From the NCBI RefSeq assembly GCF_001194135.2, contig NC_069006.1, positions 16,741,512-16,805,463 of the forward strand: DNA of 63,952 bases, read 5' to 3'. The DNA comes from Octopus bimaculoides (lineage: Eukaryota). This document shows positions 62,154 through 63,952 of the stretch, piece after piece. Numbering within the stretch: position 1 is the first letter of the stretch; each line of letters opens with the position of its first letter. The notes below the pieces were generated by a model, which was not told where the DNA came from, did no database searches, and worked only from the letters and a program-made list of their open reading frames with translations. The position numbers were made by a program, and so were the translations under genes.

Positions 62154-63952
62154 GTATATTTTATCGAGTAGCCAGCGTGTAAACCAATTAAGGAAAAAAT
62201 TAATACAAAGTATCTAATTTTTTCCTGCATATATGAAATACCTTATAATATCTAGGGCTATTACTATTCATTGAAATATTTTGACTTTAGAATCCCATTA
62301 AAGTGTGTAGCTTTTACACACAGTAACAGGCCTAGATATCATAATATATATACACACATACATAGAAGAATAGGAATTAAAATTAACTCTTATTCACGTG
62401 GCTTTTCCAAAGATACATTTATTAAAACATAAGTAAATATTTATATAAATACTACGAACTTACAGTGGTCGTCTGCAAATTTCCTCGCCATTTGCCTTCG
62501 ATTGCCCACACACTCCCTCTCTTTCTCTCTCTATTACACTGTCTTCCTCTCTTCTCTTACCCACCTAAATTCACTCTCATTTTGCTTTACTCTCTTTCTA
62601 TTTTCAATACACGACATTTACCTCCCCCTCTCTCTATCTCTCTTCATCTCACTCTCGCACGCACGCGCGCATACACCTTCTCTCTACTTTCCTTTCTCAT
62701 TGCCTGTTTCACTCTCTTCTCACTCTCCATTTTACTCTCACCAACTCCTCTTTCTCGTTTTCTCTTTTCCTTTTCTTTCGACTTCCATCACCGACACTTC
62801 CCCTCCCGCTCTCTTCTTATCTCTTTCTTCCTCTGCCTGTAACTCACTCAGAATCGTTAGTATGCTCGAAAAAATGCTTCGTCGTATTTTGCCTGGGTAA
62901 ATTTTGATCCCTTTTTACCCGCAAGATTTTTACCAAGAAAAAAAAAAAACGCGGATTTTTTTTGCGTGGAATCAAGTACCCTGACCTCCTAATATACTGC
63001 AAACCCCTTATTTTTGTTCGGAAAAAAAGGAAGGGGTGGGGGTAAAAACCGCCCCCTCCTCATCCCGGAATCATTGGAAATTCTTTTCTTTTCTTTTTTT
63101 TTTTGTTGAATGAATTCCGGTGACCTAATATGTCACAAAACCCTTTTTGGGGGTCCGGAAAACGAGGTGTGATGGAATGGAACCCTCGGAAATTTTACCC
63201 ACTCCCAACATTTTACAGACGTGCATTTTCCAGAGTGTTAATTAAAGTCGTAGTGTGTGTGTATGTATATGATAGCGTGTATGTATATGTAGACAGGTAA
63301 AATTCACCGACAATGTACTACTTACCTCTTTGCTGTCAAATAAATGGATTAATTCTCGACTAAATATTTTCAGCTTTATACCAGCATTTTAGGGGGAAAA
63401 GACCCAAAAATCATTCACGCCCAAACTAATTTCTGAGTGAATGGGGGAAGAGAGACAGAGAATAATAATTGCATATTTACGGCTGAACTTTTTCAAAATT
63501 AAAATTTTGTTTTTCAGTGTACGTGGAAAAATACGGATATTGAGAATATGGGAAAATTCTTTTCTAATTTCTCAAATTTTCTATGAAAAACTCCAAACTA
63601 ACTGAAACAGTAAACGTCGATATGCTAAAAACAATAGCCAAATGCCTGGAGAATTTTTGTGTTTGTGTGTGCGCGTGCAACAATTTCAATGACTTTTTTC
63701 TAATAAGCAGAGAAAGTAGAGAAATATGTTCTACATACCTGTCATGTACGTCGGTTTTCGTGTCCTTGAAATTTTTGAGGATGATGGAAAAGCCGATGCA
63801 CCCACTAAAATCACGAGATTTTTGGGGATGAGGCTAATGCAGATTCGCACTTCCCCTACAAAAATGCAGTTCTCTGAAAAAGTTTATTCCGACATGTAAA
63901 ACCTGGGAATCCAAATAAACTTTTTCAGAAAAAAGCATTTTTCTAGGGGAGA

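Overview
AT-rich, repeat-dense animal genomic DNA with six N gaps. The SINE/RTE repeat content suggests Octopus (inference, no search run). I reconstructed three protein genes by hand from GT-AG junctions and phase matching. (1) The first coding exon of a myosin-XVIII (MYO18A-like) gene on the minus strand, 15386-15947. (2) A complete STN1/OBFC1 gene on the plus strand, 9 coding exons, 27117-37762, 344 aa. (3) A zf-CW + PWWP gene (ZCWPW1/2 family) on the minus strand, 9 coding exons, 42564-60499, about 583 aa, convergent with STN1. The rest is decayed RTE, CR1/L2-group, R4/Dong and Penelope retroelements, Tigger and hAT remnants, MITEs, tRNA-derived SINE families and microsatellites. The most unusual signal is a set of at least six unrelated short elements that each fold into a minimal type I hammerhead ribozyme. 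These include two long palindromes carrying a hammerhead on each strand, one hammerhead with an extended stem I, and a tRNA-headed SINE with a hammerhead in its 3' tail. A Penelope GIY-YIG ORF fragment in the same window is a possible source of mobilising machinery. Most long ORFs in the supplied track are artefacts of gaps or microsatellites.
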